Part shown: positions 51,317 through 64,000 of the stretch, piece after piece
Numbering within the stretch: position 1 is the stretch's first letter
Layout: every line of letters starts with the position of its first letter
Assembly (NCBI GenBank): GCA_951406725.2
Contig: OX597822.1
Coordinates: 94,550,001 to 94,614,000, forward strand
DNA: 64,000 bases
Direction of reading: 5' to 3'
DNA from: Octopus vulgaris
Lineage: Eukaryota
Notes under the pieces: model-generated
What the model was told of the DNA's origin: nothing
The model's input: only the letters and a program-made list of their open reading frames with translations
Database searches by the model: none
Translations under genes and position numbers: made by a program

Positions 51317-51659
51317 TGGTAACAGGTGGGGGTTGGCGTCAGGAAGGGCATCCGGCCGTAGAAAGCTTGCCACACGCTTAGCGCTGCGTATATGTGCATA
51401 TATATAAAATAAGAAAATGGGGGAATATATTTTAATCAATCAATAATGTTGATGATTGATTAAATTCTATTCTTCCATTTTCTTATTTTGTATTATGAAT
51501 TTGAGGTAAAACATTTTACCCTCGCCCATATAATATAATAAATGAATTAATTGCATTGCAATTCTTAGCATTTATGTATTAGCATTTCTGGGTGTTTTAC
51601 TGGCAGTATATTGGATATATGTTATCCCATAGAGGGTTACACTCACAACCCCTATCTCA

Positions 51660-51664
51660 CTTTG

Positions 51665-51696
<32 letters not shown>

Positions 51697-51850
51697 CACA
51701 ACAGACTTCTTCCAGTTTCCATCTACCAAATCCACTCACAAGGCTTTGGTTGACCCACGGCTATAGTAGAAGACACTTGCCCAAGGTGCCACACAGAGGG
51801 ACTGAACCTGGAATCATGTGGTTGGTAAGCAAGCTACTTACCATGCCTGC
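51660..51850 (-). mobile_element. 5' half of SINE family A
   Basis: ctaccaaatccactcacaaggctttgg...gaagacacttgcccaaggtgcc. Confidence 0.85.
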
Positions 51851-52359
51851 CAGCTTCCTGCCTTATAGAAAACAGATATTAAACAATGAAGATGAAGATG
51901 GTGATAACCCTGCAGTCTCACAAAAAAAGAAAAAATAAGCACACAATACATGACATAATCTGAGATATATTGCATCTTAATAAATGATGGGTTGGTTATA
52001 GCTGAAACCCTTTTGATCACAAATATGCTGTAAACCAGGACTTTCCAAGGGCTAAACAATAACAAGTAAAAAGTATACAAGCCACTGACCATTCTGCTCA
52101 CTGAGAATCTTCATAGACATTAAAAACATGGAATATTGAACTGGAGGCAGGCATGGCCGTGTAGTTAAGTAATTTACATTGTAATAACATTGTTTCAGGT
52201 TCAATCCCACCAGGCAGCACCATATTGAGCCGTGATCTTTTGTCATAGACCCTCAATCCAACCAAAGCCTAGTGAGTGAAACTAACTTGACAGAAACAGT
52301 TTCGAGGTGATAAATGCAACCCTTTTTCCATGCTGGTACAGGTGGGAGAGCATGACAGG

Positions 52360-53432
52360 AACTGGGTCTCGCTTTTCCACAACTTCCATCCACTTTAAGT
52401 GATTGGTACTTCTTCATGCTTCTCTCCTCATCCATTTGCATCACATATCATATGACCAAACTGTCTTAGTCTTCTCTCCTGCATACTGCATCTAATTCCT
52501 CTTTACTTAACTTTTCTTTCAATACACTGGCACTCTGTTGCACATGTGCACTAACATTGCACATCTAGCAGAGCATACCAGCTTCATTTCTCACTAGTTT
52601 CCATGTGTCCCCAGCATTCATGCCTGACTATCATTGTAGCATTGCAGTTCATACACAAATACCTATTTCTTTACTACCCACAAGGGGCTAAACACAGAGG
52701 GGACAAACAAGGACAGACAAACGGATTAAGTCGATTACATCGACCCCAGTGCGTAACTGGTACTTATTTTATCGACCCCGAAAGGATGAAAGGCAAAGTC
52801 GACCTCGGCGGAATTTGAACTCAGAACGTAGCGGCAGACGAAATACTTATTTCTTTACTACCCACAAAGGGCTAAACACAGAGAGGACAAACAAGGACAG
52901 ACAAACGGATTAAGTCGATTATATCGACCCCAGTGCGTAACTGGTACTTATTTAATCGACCCTGAAAGGATGAAAGGCAAAGTTGACCTTGGAGGAATTT
53001 GAACTCAGAACGTAACGGCAGATGAAATACCTATTTCTTTACTACCCACAAGGGGCTAAACACAGAGAGGACAAACAAGGACAGACAAACGGATTAAGTC
53101 GATTATATCGACCCCAGTGCGTAACTGGTACTTATTTTATCGACCCCGAAAGGATGAAAGGCAAAGTCGACCTCGGCGGAATTTGAACTCAGAACGTATC
53201 GGTAGACGAAATACCACAAAGCATTTCACCCGGCGTGCTAACGTTTCTGCTAGCTCATACACAAATACCATACAAACTTCCTTTCAGTTAGACAGAGAGA
53301 GACAGACTTTTGATTGCCAACAGAGGTAAAAGCTCTCTGAATTTTTTCCATCCTATTCTTATTCTAGCTATTACACTTTCAGTATATCTGCGAATAAGGT
53401 CACCAAGGTAGCAGAAATTATCTACTACATCA
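52360..53432 (-). pseudogene. Old RTE LINE fragment split by a SINE trimer
   Basis: Translation VVDNFCYLGDLI...ESVIARIRIGWKKFRELLPLL; collinear with ~46750-47220. Confidence 0.8.
52664..53254 (-). mobile_element. Head-to-tail trimer of SINE family B (184-bp period)
   Basis: Units at 52664, 52848 and 53032; TSD tcatacacaaatacc at 52649-52663 and 53255-53269. Confidence 0.92.
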
Positions 53433-54669
53433 GTTGGTTTAAAACCATCACCTAACCCCCCACCCCTACCCTCACCCATGGGTGCCTTTAGTAGAGTCCA
53501 CTCTGTTGTGAGCATTTGGGTCAGGTCTCAAATCTGAGAAGGACCTTTACACTTCCTCCTTTCTTTCTATCAAGTTTGAAGGAATTGAAACTGTTTTTCG
53601 GGTGTTGCTTTTGCCTCCTCTGTCAAAGTATTTAAACAAAAAAAGACCTCCAAAAAACTAGCAGTGTCAAGAGAGCATTGAGTAAAAAGCCTCATGGTAT
53701 TCATTTTGATTCCCTGTGCTCCGAGTTCAAATCCTGCTGAGGTCAACTTTGCTTTTCATCCCCACTCTCCCAGAGCTAATAAAATAAAATACCTATCAAA
53801 AACAGGGGCCAATCCTCCTCCTCCCCTCCTCCTCCTCCTCCTCCTCACCCTCCTCCTCCTCCTTCCCTCTTCTTCTTCTTCTTCTCCTCCTCAGCCTCCT
53901 CCTCCTCCTCCTCTTTCTTCCTATTTTTCTCTTTTTTCTCCATCCATCTATCCGTCCGTCCATCCATCTGTCCATCCGTCCATCCGTCTGTCTGTCTTTC
54001 TGTCTGTCTTTCTGTCTGTCTTTCTGTCAGTCTATCTGTCAGTCTGTCTGTCTGTCAGCCTACCTCTATCTGTTTGTCTGTCTAATACATTCACACATTC
54101 TCTCTGGAAGAAACTAGCAGACTAAATGTTTCGCAGTATTTGTTCCAGCTCTTTAAGTTCTTAACTTGAAATCCTGTTATGATCTACATAAATAGTGGAC
54201 TCAGTCTGTTACCCAGTTTGGCACCAATACTTGGCATCTTAGATGTCTTTATCAGAATCCACTCTGCTGCAAGCACTCAGGCCAGGTAACCCATTTGAGG
54301 TAACCTTCCTCCTTCTTTCCTGCTAGTCTCAAAAGCCTGTGAAAGAATCATGGGCATTGCTTTCTTTCTTTACTAAAAGATAAATAAATAAATAAGATTA
54401 ATAAAATAGGCATAGGCATGGCTGTGTGGTAAGAATTTTGCTTCCAAACTACGTGGTTCTGGGTTCAGTCCTACCATGTCACACCTTGGGCAATTACCTT
54501 TTACTATAGCCCCAAACCAAGCAAAGCCTTGGGAGTGGATTTGGAAAACAGAAACTGAAAGCGGTCCATTGTTTATATACATGTGTGTGTGTGTGTCTGG
54601 CCACAGTCTTAGGGCTGAAACATGAGAAAGAAAAGAAGAATAAAGAATATATACACACGCATGGAACTA

Positions 54670-55960
54670 TCAGGTCATCCTATAAGTTCTCTCTGATTTT
54701 ACCTTTTTTTAAATTGAATGAAATTTAATAGTATTTTAGAATGTCTAATGGAATTAAAAATTATTTTTATACATTTGTGTACATTCAAACTAATCAAATA
54801 TTATTTTACAGAATAACAGAATTAAAAATTCTTTGATTAAAACCCTTTCTAACATGGAAGTATCCAAAGAGCACTTGAGGTACATAATGCTTCATGAGTA
54901 CAAAAAAGAAAAACTCTGCTGCCGAAGTGACTCGAAACATACACGCAGTTTATGGGAAAGAATGCTTGAATGAAAGAACTTGCAGAAGATGGTTTGCAAA
55001 ATTCAGTAGTGGAAATTTCAGCCTTGATGATGAAGATCGAAAAGGACGTTCAGTTGAGTTTGATGATAAACTACTTGAGGCATTACTTGAAGAAAATCCT
55101 GCATTTTCAGTTGAAGAATTGGAAATAAAGCTTTGTTCAAACAATACAACAGTTCATCGTCATCTTCAACAACTTGGAAAGGTTCCTAAACTTGGAAAAT
55201 GGGTGCCTCATGAATTGTCTGAAAGCAACTGCAAATCCTGAGTTGACATCTGCTCTTCTCTCCATTCTCGTGAACTCATTTCACCCTTTTGTGGATAGAC
55301 TTGTGACTGGTGATGAAAAATAGATCTTCTATCGAAATGTTAAACATTGTAAACAGTGGCTTCATAAAAGGGAAAAAGCTCAACCACAACCGAGAAGGGA
55401 ACTTCATGGGAAAAAAGTTCTTCTCTCTATCTGGTGGGATTGCAAAGGAGTAATTCACTTTGAATTGTTACCACCTAATGCAACAATCAATGTTCAAGTC
55501 TACTGTCAACAATTAGAGCATTTGAACCAAGCTTTGAAGGAAAAACGATCCACTTTAGTGAATCGAAAAGGAGTGATGTTTCATCAGGACAATGCATGAC
55601 CCTGCACTGCAAAGATCACATCAAAGAAGATCGAAGAGTTTGGTTGGGAAAAAATTCCTCATCCACCTTATTCTCCTGACCTTGCTCCTTCAGACTACCA
55701 TTTGTTTCATAGTTTACAGAATCATTTGGGGGAACATAGCTTTCGCAAGCCAGGAGGAGGTCGTAACTGACATTTCAGAGTTCTTCGCTTGGAAACCAAA
55801 AGAGTTTTAGATTGATGGGATTAAAAAGCTTGTAAATAGATGGAAGGAAGTCATAGATAATCAGGGAAAGTACATTGATGATTAAATTTCAATTAAATAT
55901 AACATTTGATCACTTGTTTTTTTTATTCAAAATTCGGACAGAACTTATGGGATGACCTGA
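54670..55960 (+). mobile_element. Full-length (1291 bp) but inactivated mariner DD34D element
   Basis: TIR tcaggtcatcc(t/c)ataagttct at both ends with TA flanks; pseudo-ORF 54854-55885 with WVPHEL, TGDEK, HQDNA and HPPYSPDLAPSDY; frameshifts and stops. Confidence 0.95.
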
Positions 55961-56007
55961 TAGATCACAAGCAGACAAATGTGTGTCTGTGTGTGTGTGA
56001 GTGCAGA

Positions 56008-56388
56008 GGAGGTGCAATGGTCCAGTGGTTAGGGCAGCGGACTCGCGGTCGTAGGATCGCGGTTTTGATTCCCAGACTGGGCATTGTGAGTGTTTATTGA
56101 GCAAAAACACCCAAAGCTCCACGAGGCTCCGGCAGGGATGGTGGTGATTCCTGCTGTACTCTTTCACCACAACTTTCTCTCACTCTTACTTCCTGTTTCT
56201 GTTGTACCCGCATTTCAAAGGGCCGGCCTTGTCACTCTTTGTGTCACACTGAATATCCCCGAGAACTACGTTAAGGGTGCACGTGTCTGTGGAGTGCTCA
56301 GCCACTTACACGTTAATTTCACGAGCAGGCTGTTCCGTTGATCGGATCAACCGGAACCCTCATTGTTGTAACCGCCGGAGTGCTTCCA
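56008..56388 (+). mobile_element. SINE family C, full length
   Basis: Reverse complement of the 12368-12756 element. Confidence 0.9.
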
Positions 56389-57159
56389 CAGCGAGAGAAG
56401 ATGTGTGAGTGTGTATATCTATGTGTGTCTGTCTTTGTGTTTCTATTTGTCTCCCTACCACTGCTTGACAATTCGTGTTGACTTGTCTATATCCCCATAA
56501 CTTAGATGTTTGACAAAAGAGATAAATTGACTAAGCACTAGGCTTTAAGCACTAGGCTTAAAAAAAATAATAAAATAAATGCTGGGATCTATTTGTTCCA
56601 CAAAACTCGTCAAGGTGGTGACCCAGCTTGACCACAGTCTAATAAAAATGAAATAAATAAAAGATAAATTACAAAAGATAAAAAAAAGAAACAAAATCGA
56701 CTGAGAATTGAACAACATTCATGGAATTGTAACACATTGACCAATAAATCAAAGAAGAATTTTCTGGTTATTGCATTTCAAATCTGTTTAATCTTCCCTG
56801 ATTTTATCATAAAGTTTTAATGTTAGTCTTATTTAGAATTTCAAAGTAACACCCACTGATATTCCAAATACAGACAAATACAGACTGACATTTATAATCC
56901 CAACTTTAAACTTCCTTGCTGTCATACCACACCCGTTTTATGCATATGTGAGAATGTGTGTAGGTGGGTGTGTTTGTATTTGTGTGTGTGTGTGTGAAGG
57001 TATGTGTCCGATTGTTTGTAAATGGGCATGTCAGTAGTCTTCTGTCTATCGCATAGTGATGGTACAAGCATGTAAATGAATACATGTCTGCGTGTAGACA
57101 TGAGTGTAGTGAGCTTGTGGGTATGTATGTGTATGTATGTATATGTATGTATATGCATA

Positions 57160-57573
57160 TTCTTTTATTCTTATACTTGTTTTGGTCATTTGACTGTGGC
57201 CATGCTGGAGCACCGCCTTTTAATCGAAGACATCAACCCCAGGACTTCTTCTTTGTAAGCCTGGTACTTATTTTATTGGATTCTTTTGCCAAACTGCTAA
57301 GTTATGGAGACATAAATACACCAGCATTGGTTGTCAAGTGGTGATGGAGTGACGAACACAGAGAAACACATGTACACACAGATACACACACACATACACA
57401 CACACATATACACTACGGGCTTCTTTTAGTTACCATCGACCAAATCTACTCATAAGGTTTTGGTTGGCCTGAAGCTATAGTAGAAGACACTCACTCAAGA
57501 TGCTAGGCAGTGGGACGGAACCCAGAACTATTTAGTTGGGAAGCAAGCTTCTTACCACACAGCCACACCTGCG
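57160..57573 (-). mobile_element. SINE family A, moderately diverged
   Basis: Tail, microsatellite and head recognisable. Confidence 0.88.
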
Positions 57574-57853
57574 TCTCTATATATATATATATATGTATAG
57601 TTAAAAAAAAAGTTCAAAATAGAACAATTCAAACTTTTTTGAGTGGTCCAATAAGAGAGAAAAGAAAGAAAGAATGATTTCTAATAAAGATTCATCATAT
57701 TCATAAAAAACAGCCAGAGCAAGTAATAAGAATATGAAAATAGTAGTTGAAAAATTTCGTTATAGGTATAAATATACCATAAACAATTATAGAAAAATGG
57801 AGGAGAAAAAGATGTTGCATCAAAATTAGATTTAATACAAAATAGGATTCAAT

Positions 57854-57946
57854 ACATACGCGAGTTTCAAAGGACAATACAAATATGCAAGAAAAATTAT
57901 TATCATAATTATAATTAAATTTATGCATTTTCACTCTCATCAGTGT
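57854..57946 (-). ncRNA. Hammerhead-like motif, possibly decayed
   Basis: aca-CTGATGA-gag...atgca...tgcat...cttt-GAAAC-tcgc-GTA-tgt; intact core, short stem I. Confidence 0.5.
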
Positions 57947-58226
57947 GAAGAATTTTTGGAAGGACGTCAAAAAAGGTTTAATAAAATAAAGTAAATTAAA
58001 ATAAGATACAATAAGGGAGAATACAAAAGGAATAATAGGGAAAAAAATCAGATATTTACAAGCAAGAAGTAAAAGGGAAAAAATAACAGTCATAATAATA
58101 ATGAGAGAGACGAAAGAGAAAAAATACAATATTGAACACATACACAAGGTATGTGTTCTGTTGGTATTGACAAATCACAAGAATGATGTTAATGTCTGCC
58201 ACACCTGTAATGGGATCTGATGTGAG

Positions 58227-58338
58227 TTGTCTCACTTGTCTATGACATCCAGGTGTTTTAACACCAGGCGAATTGATGAGAATTGTCTCACTTGTCTATG
58301 ACATCCAGGTGTTTTAACACCAGGCGAATTGATGAGAA
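58227..58338. repeat. Exact ~56-bp tandem duplication
   Basis: ttgtctcacttgtctatgacatccaggtgttttaacaccaggcgaattgatgagaa x2. Confidence 0.9.
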
Positions 58339-59030
58339 TATATCTTCTTAAGCCTATAAATTGCAGCCTGCCCACGAACTGCCAAAACACATACCTTGTA
58401 TATGTGTGCTCAATATTGTTATATCCCTTGGGCTGCTTCTCATTCATATTCAAAAAAAAAATATATATATATATATATTAAATTAGAGATACAACCACTA
58501 TTAGGCAAATCAAACAGTGAAAACCATAAACCAAAACATAGTTACTTTTTAATATAAGATACTTTTTATCTTATATTAAACTTTTTAATACTTTTTGATA
58601 GTTATATATATTTTAAAAAAAAGATAAAAAAATAAAAATAAAAATAAAAATATGTAACAAACACAGACACACAAACATATATATATATACACATATATAC
58701 GATGGGCTTCTTTCAGTTTCCATCTACCAAATCCACTCACGAGGCTTTGGTTGGCCCAAGGCTATAGAAGAAGACACTTGCCCAACGTGCCATGCAGTGG
58801 ACTGAACCCAGAACCATGTGGCTGGAAAGCTAGCTTCTTACCACACAGCCACACCTGTGCCTATATATGTATACATAATAATGATATATTTGTATGTAGG
58901 TGTGTATGTATGCATGCATGTATATAGATGTTAAATTAAGATTATTATTTTAAAGTGAGTTTAAGAATAATGACAGAAATATTTACTGGTAGGGAAGCAA
59001 TACTGGGGACAGTATGAAATTAATTATATA

Positions 59031-59585
59031 AAAGCACGACCTTCGAACTTTAGGTCTCACCAAGGCAATGACTAGTGACCGAGACCTTTGGAAGTATGCT
59101 GTGCGTGAGAAGACCCGGCAGGACAAGTGAGACCATAACCCATGGCCTCTACCTGTGATGTGGCCAGCCCACTTATGCATACTTTACCTTCTTGGGACAC
59201 AAGACTCTGCTTGCGAAGACCTGTTGAGGCAAGTGAAATCGGAATCGAAATCGAAATCGCTCAAAAATCAATGGAAATAGTAGTTGTGATACCAGTGTTA
59301 ATGGCACGTAATAGAACCATCTGAACGTGGCCGTTGCCAGCGCCACCCCGACTGGCCTCCGTGCCAGTGGCACGTATAAAGCACCAACTGATCATGGCTG
59401 TTGCCAGCCTCACTTGGCATGTAAAAAGCACCCACTACGCTCACGGAGTGGTTGGCGTCAGGAAGGGCATCCAGCTGTAGAAACACTGCCAGATCAGACT
59501 GGGCCTGGTGCAGCCGCCTGGCTTCCCAGACCCCAGTCGAACCATCCAACCCATGCTAGCATGGAAAGCAGACGTTAAACGATGT

Positions 59586-59615
<30 letters not shown>
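59031..59615 (+). mobile_element. 5'-truncated copy of the full-length RTE family
   Basis: aagcacgaccttcgaactttagg...gacaagtga (ORF end), 3' UTR and (gat)n tail. Confidence 0.9.
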
Positions 59616-59617
<2 letters not shown>

Positions 59618-60124
59618 CTGACCAGGACTTTTAAATGTTGCCAGACAGATTCTTCATTGAAACTGGTTCAACAAGACAACCAGGTGAAACTTATTAGTCA
59701 AAACATTGTGTGTGTGTGTGTGTGTGTGTGTTTGTGTGTGTGCCTACATGTCTTTCAAACTTTTTTTCTCCAGGTAACATAAAGCCACAGCTACCACAAT
59801 TAGCACCTGTGGCTTTACTATCACCATTTCTTCCATTCTCATCTTTATATTCTTTGTGTTTGTGCACTCACTTCTCTCAAGAAATTTAAGGTTTCAAATC
59901 TCTGAGTACAACCTTTAATGTTCCCTAAACATAAACTCCACCCAAAACCATCACCGACACCATCACCGTCACCATCATCATCACCATCACCATCACCACC
60001 GCCACCACCATCATTCCACTTTCTTTCCACTCATTCCACCCCCCACCCCCCATTTACCCATAACTGACCTATTCTTTACTCCAAACAAAAAGGGAAAGGA
60101 ATGATTCCATTATGAAAAGATAGC

Positions 60125-61270
60125 ATGATGCTGCTGCTGCTGTTGTTGTTGTTGTTGTTGTTGTTGTGGTGGTGGTGGTGGTGGTGGTGATTGTGTGTGT
60201 GTGTGTGTGCGTGTGGTGGTGGGTAATTGTGGTGGTGATGTTGCAGTGGTAGTAGTTGAAGTCGTGGTGATGCTGATGGTAACTGGTAGTAGTGGTATTT
60301 GGTAGTGGTGGTGTTGTGGTGGTGGTGGTGGTGGTGGTTTTGGTAGTGGTTTGACTGTGATGGTGTGGTGGAAGTGGTGATGGTACTGCTACTGCTACTG
60401 GTGTTGGGTGGTGGTGGTGCTAGTGCAGGTGGTACTGGTAGTTCTGCTGCTGCTGCTGCTGCTGGTTGCAGTAGTGGTTCTGCAGCTGCTGCTGATTGTG
60501 GTGGTGGTGATTGTGGTGGTAGTAGTAGTGGAGATGATGCTGATAGTAACTGGTGGTAATGATATTTGGTGGTATTTAGTAGAAGTAAAGAAGGTTGTGG
60601 TGGTGGTGGTGGTGGTGGTATTTAGTAATGATGGGTATTGGCGAAAGTATTAGCGAGGTAGTAGTGATGGCAGCAAGCAGTTGTGTTGTTGTAGTTATTG
60701 TCATTGTTGTGATGGTGGTTGTCATGGTTGGGTAGTATTTGGTGATGGTGGTGGTGGTGGTGGTAGATGTTGGTGATGGTCATGGGCGTGCTGGCAATGT
60801 TGGTCATTGCAGTATTAGTGTTGCTGCTGTTGTCATGTGGTGGTGGTGGTAGCAGCATAGTGGTGATAGTAGTGATGTTGGTGAAGGTTGCAGTATTGAG
60901 GGTAGTGTTGCTGATGGTTGTGGTAGTAATATTGGTGATGTAGTTGGCAGATGTAGTGGTGGAACTGGTGATGCTGTGGCGGCGGCGGTGGTGGTGGTGG
61001 TGATGATGGTGGTGGCGGCGGCAGCAGTGGTAGCTGTGGTGGTGGCAGTGGTGGTGGTGGTGGTGGTGGTGGTGGTGATGGTGGTGGTGGCGGTGGCGGC
61101 AGTGGTAGTTGTGGTGGTGGTTGTGGTGGTGGTGGTTGTGGTAGTGGTGGTGGTGGTTGTGGTGGTGGTGGTGGCAGTGGTAGTTGTGGTGGTGGTTGTG
61201 GTGGTGGTGGTTGTGGTGGTGGTGGTTGTGGTGGTGGTTGTGGTTGTGGTGGTGGTGGTGGTGGTGGTGA
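60125..61270. repeat. (GGT/GTT/GCT)n low-complexity tract
   Basis: Direct observation. Confidence 0.93.
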
Positions 61271-61619
61271 AGAAACTATATGGGGTAGAACGCACCCCAT
61301 ATAATTAGAATATGATACCTTTCTTTGCATTTAACCAAATGCTTTGAACTTCTGATCAACTAGGTGATAGGACTGAAACATATATGTAGGTTCCTTTATT
61401 TCATTTTCTTTTTTCAAGCTTTACAACTTGTATTCAATTTATTTGTACTGTTAGGTTTTTTAAAAAAACTTACATCATTTTATAACATACAAATGAATTA
61501 ATCATACATCCATTTTTTTCTCCATTTTCTTTTTCCTTCAATATATATATTGAATAGTGATGGTGGTGGTGGTGGTGGTGGTGGTGACAAAAACAAAATA
61601 TGTATATATATATATATAT

Positions 61620-62028
<409 letters not shown>

Positions 62029-62194
62029 GTGTATATATACATACATATATATATATATACATGCATATATATACATACATATGTGTGTATATGTGTGTGT
62101 GTGTGTCCTACTACCATTTGACATCTCCAGCAAAAGTGGCTGATAATATAAGTCCTGGGGGTCGATCCATTCGACTAAGAATTCTTCAAGGTAG

Positions 62195-62343
62195 TGCCAA
62201 CCAAAGCCTTTGCAAGTGGATTTGGTAGATGAAAACTAAAAGAAGCCTGACATGTATACATGCATACACACACATATATATATATTATTATATATATATA
62301 TATTTGTATTTATGTAGGTGTGTATGTATACATATATATAGAC

Positions 62344-62390
<47 letters not shown>

Positions 62391-62814
62391 TACATACATA
62401 AATACATACATACATATATATATTTTGTGTGTGTGTGTGTGTCTTTTTGTCTATCTTTGTTCCTTGTCATCGCTTGACAACCAATGTAGGTATGTTTGCA
62501 TTCCTGTAAATTAGCAGCTCAGCAAAACACACCAATAGAATAAGTACTAAGCTTACTAAGAATAAGTCCTGGGGTCGACTTCTTTGACCAAAAATCCTTT
62601 AAGAGGGTGCTCCAGCATAGCTGCAGTCAAATGACTGAAACAAGTAAAAGAATAAAAGAATAGGATTAGCTGTGTGGTAAGAAGCTTCCTTCCCAACCAC
62701 ATTGTTCTGGGTTCAATCCCACTATGTGGCATTTTGGGCAAGTGTCTTTTACTATAGCCTCAGGCCAACCAAAGTTTTGTGAGTGGATTTGGTAGATAGA
62801 AACTGAAAGAAGCC

Positions 62815-62873
<59 letters not shown>

Positions 62874-63085
62874 TATATGAATGCATTTGTGTCTGTGTTT
62901 GTCCCCACCACTATTGCTTGACATCCAATGTTGGTGTATTTATGTCCCTGTAACTTAACGGTTCGGCAAAAGAACTAATAGTAAAAGTACTAGGCTTACA
63001 AAGAATATGTCCTGGGGTCGATTTATTCAACTAAAAGGTAATACTCCAGCATGGTCGGAGTCAAATGATTGAAACAAGTAACAGA
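62195..63085 (+). mobile_element. Two adjacent SINE family A copies with expanded (TA)n
   Basis: Tails at ~62460-62660 and ~62890-63085; head at 62668. Confidence 0.85.
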
Positions 63086-63086
63086 G

Positions 63087-63156
<70 letters not shown>

Positions 63157-63160
63157 TATA

Positions 63161-64000
63161 CAAGGGTTGGACAAAATAATGGAAACACCTAGCGTCATAG
63201 CATCATAATTTTGAAATATCTATAAAACTATCAAAAGCTTGTTAATTTTGATTTTTTTTATTTATTATAAGTGTTGCTTAATGTTTTGTTAAAATTGCTG
63301 TTTCATTTCAGATATCATCAGAAAAAGGTAATTAAAATTCATTAAAATGACAGATCAATCAGACTTCCAAAGAGGTCAAATTGTTGGTGTTCATATGGAA
63401 GGCGCTAGCATAATGATAACAGCCGCAATGTTTGGTGTATCAAGAAGTACTGTCTCGAAAGTAATGACAGCCTAAATAGAGGGAAAAACTTTCTCGTCGA
63501 AGCAAAACTTTGGAAGAAAACCAAAATATTCAGATAGGGACTGTCAGACTCTAAGGCAAATTATTGAAAAGGATCTCAAAAGTACTGCAGAGCTTAATGA
63601 CCACCTCGAGAACCCAATCTCCACAAAAACTGTTTACCAGGAGTTGCACAAAGCCGGATTTCACAGGAGGGTTACAATTAGAAGACCACTACCTTCAAAA
63701 ACAAATGTTGCAAAGCATTTAGAGTGGAGTAGAAACTATATGGGGTAGTCATACCTGTGATGATCTGGGGTGCTATATTTTGGAAATCTGCTGGCCTAAT
63801 GGTTTCCCTTCATGGCAGAATTAATAGTCAAGACTATTTAAGCATTTTATCTGATCAAATTTATCATTTGGTTGTGGAACTATTTCTGGAGGGAAATGCA
63901 ATCTTTCAGGATGATAATGCACCAATTCACACAGCTAAAATTGTTACTGAATGGTGCGAGGAATAGTGAAGTTGAAAATCTTATCTCACCACCACAGTCC
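63161..64000 (+). mobile_element. Decayed Tc1-like DD34E transposon, internally deleted, runs off the window
   Basis: TA-caagggttggacaaaataatggaaacacc terminus; ORF from 63347 MTDQSDFQRGQIVG...FGVSRSTVSK; VMIWGAI and IFQDDNAPIHTAK motifs. Confidence 0.9.

Noticed and set aside
53475-53620. Minus-strand exon with good splice signals
   Set aside because: Stops in all three frames; gactctactaaaggcac is shared with ~10700, indicating a dispersed repeat

Overview
AT-rich, repeat-dominated eukaryotic DNA. The SINE, microsatellite and LINE content most resembles a coleoid cephalopod (Octopus); this is inferred from pattern recognition, not a database match. Almost all ORFs in the supplied track are translations of microsatellites or SINEs. 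The only long real ORF is an apparently intact RTE-clade LINE (46631-49744, minus strand; APE endonuclease plus RT, with a PHD-type C4HC3 finger inside the RT C-terminal region). The window also holds three decayed mariner elements, a Tc1 element, three MITEs (pogo/Tc2-like, hAT-like, piggyBac-like), a decayed Penelope-like element, CR1/Jockey-like and RTE fragments, and dozens of tRNA-derived SINEs of at least three families. Most noteworthy: (i) a near-perfect six-unit, ~845-bp tandem array inside the (TA)n tract of a SINE, each unit carrying a predicted pseudoknot and a hammerhead-like motif; (ii) five separate type-I hammerhead ribozyme motifs in unrelated contexts; (iii) short exact copies of locus-specific DNA re-inserted 2-8 kb away; (iv) a 40-bp perfect hairpin inside a ~255-bp palindrome; (v) a plausible 168-nt symmetric coding exon on the minus strand, suggesting the window is intronic to an unidentified host gene.
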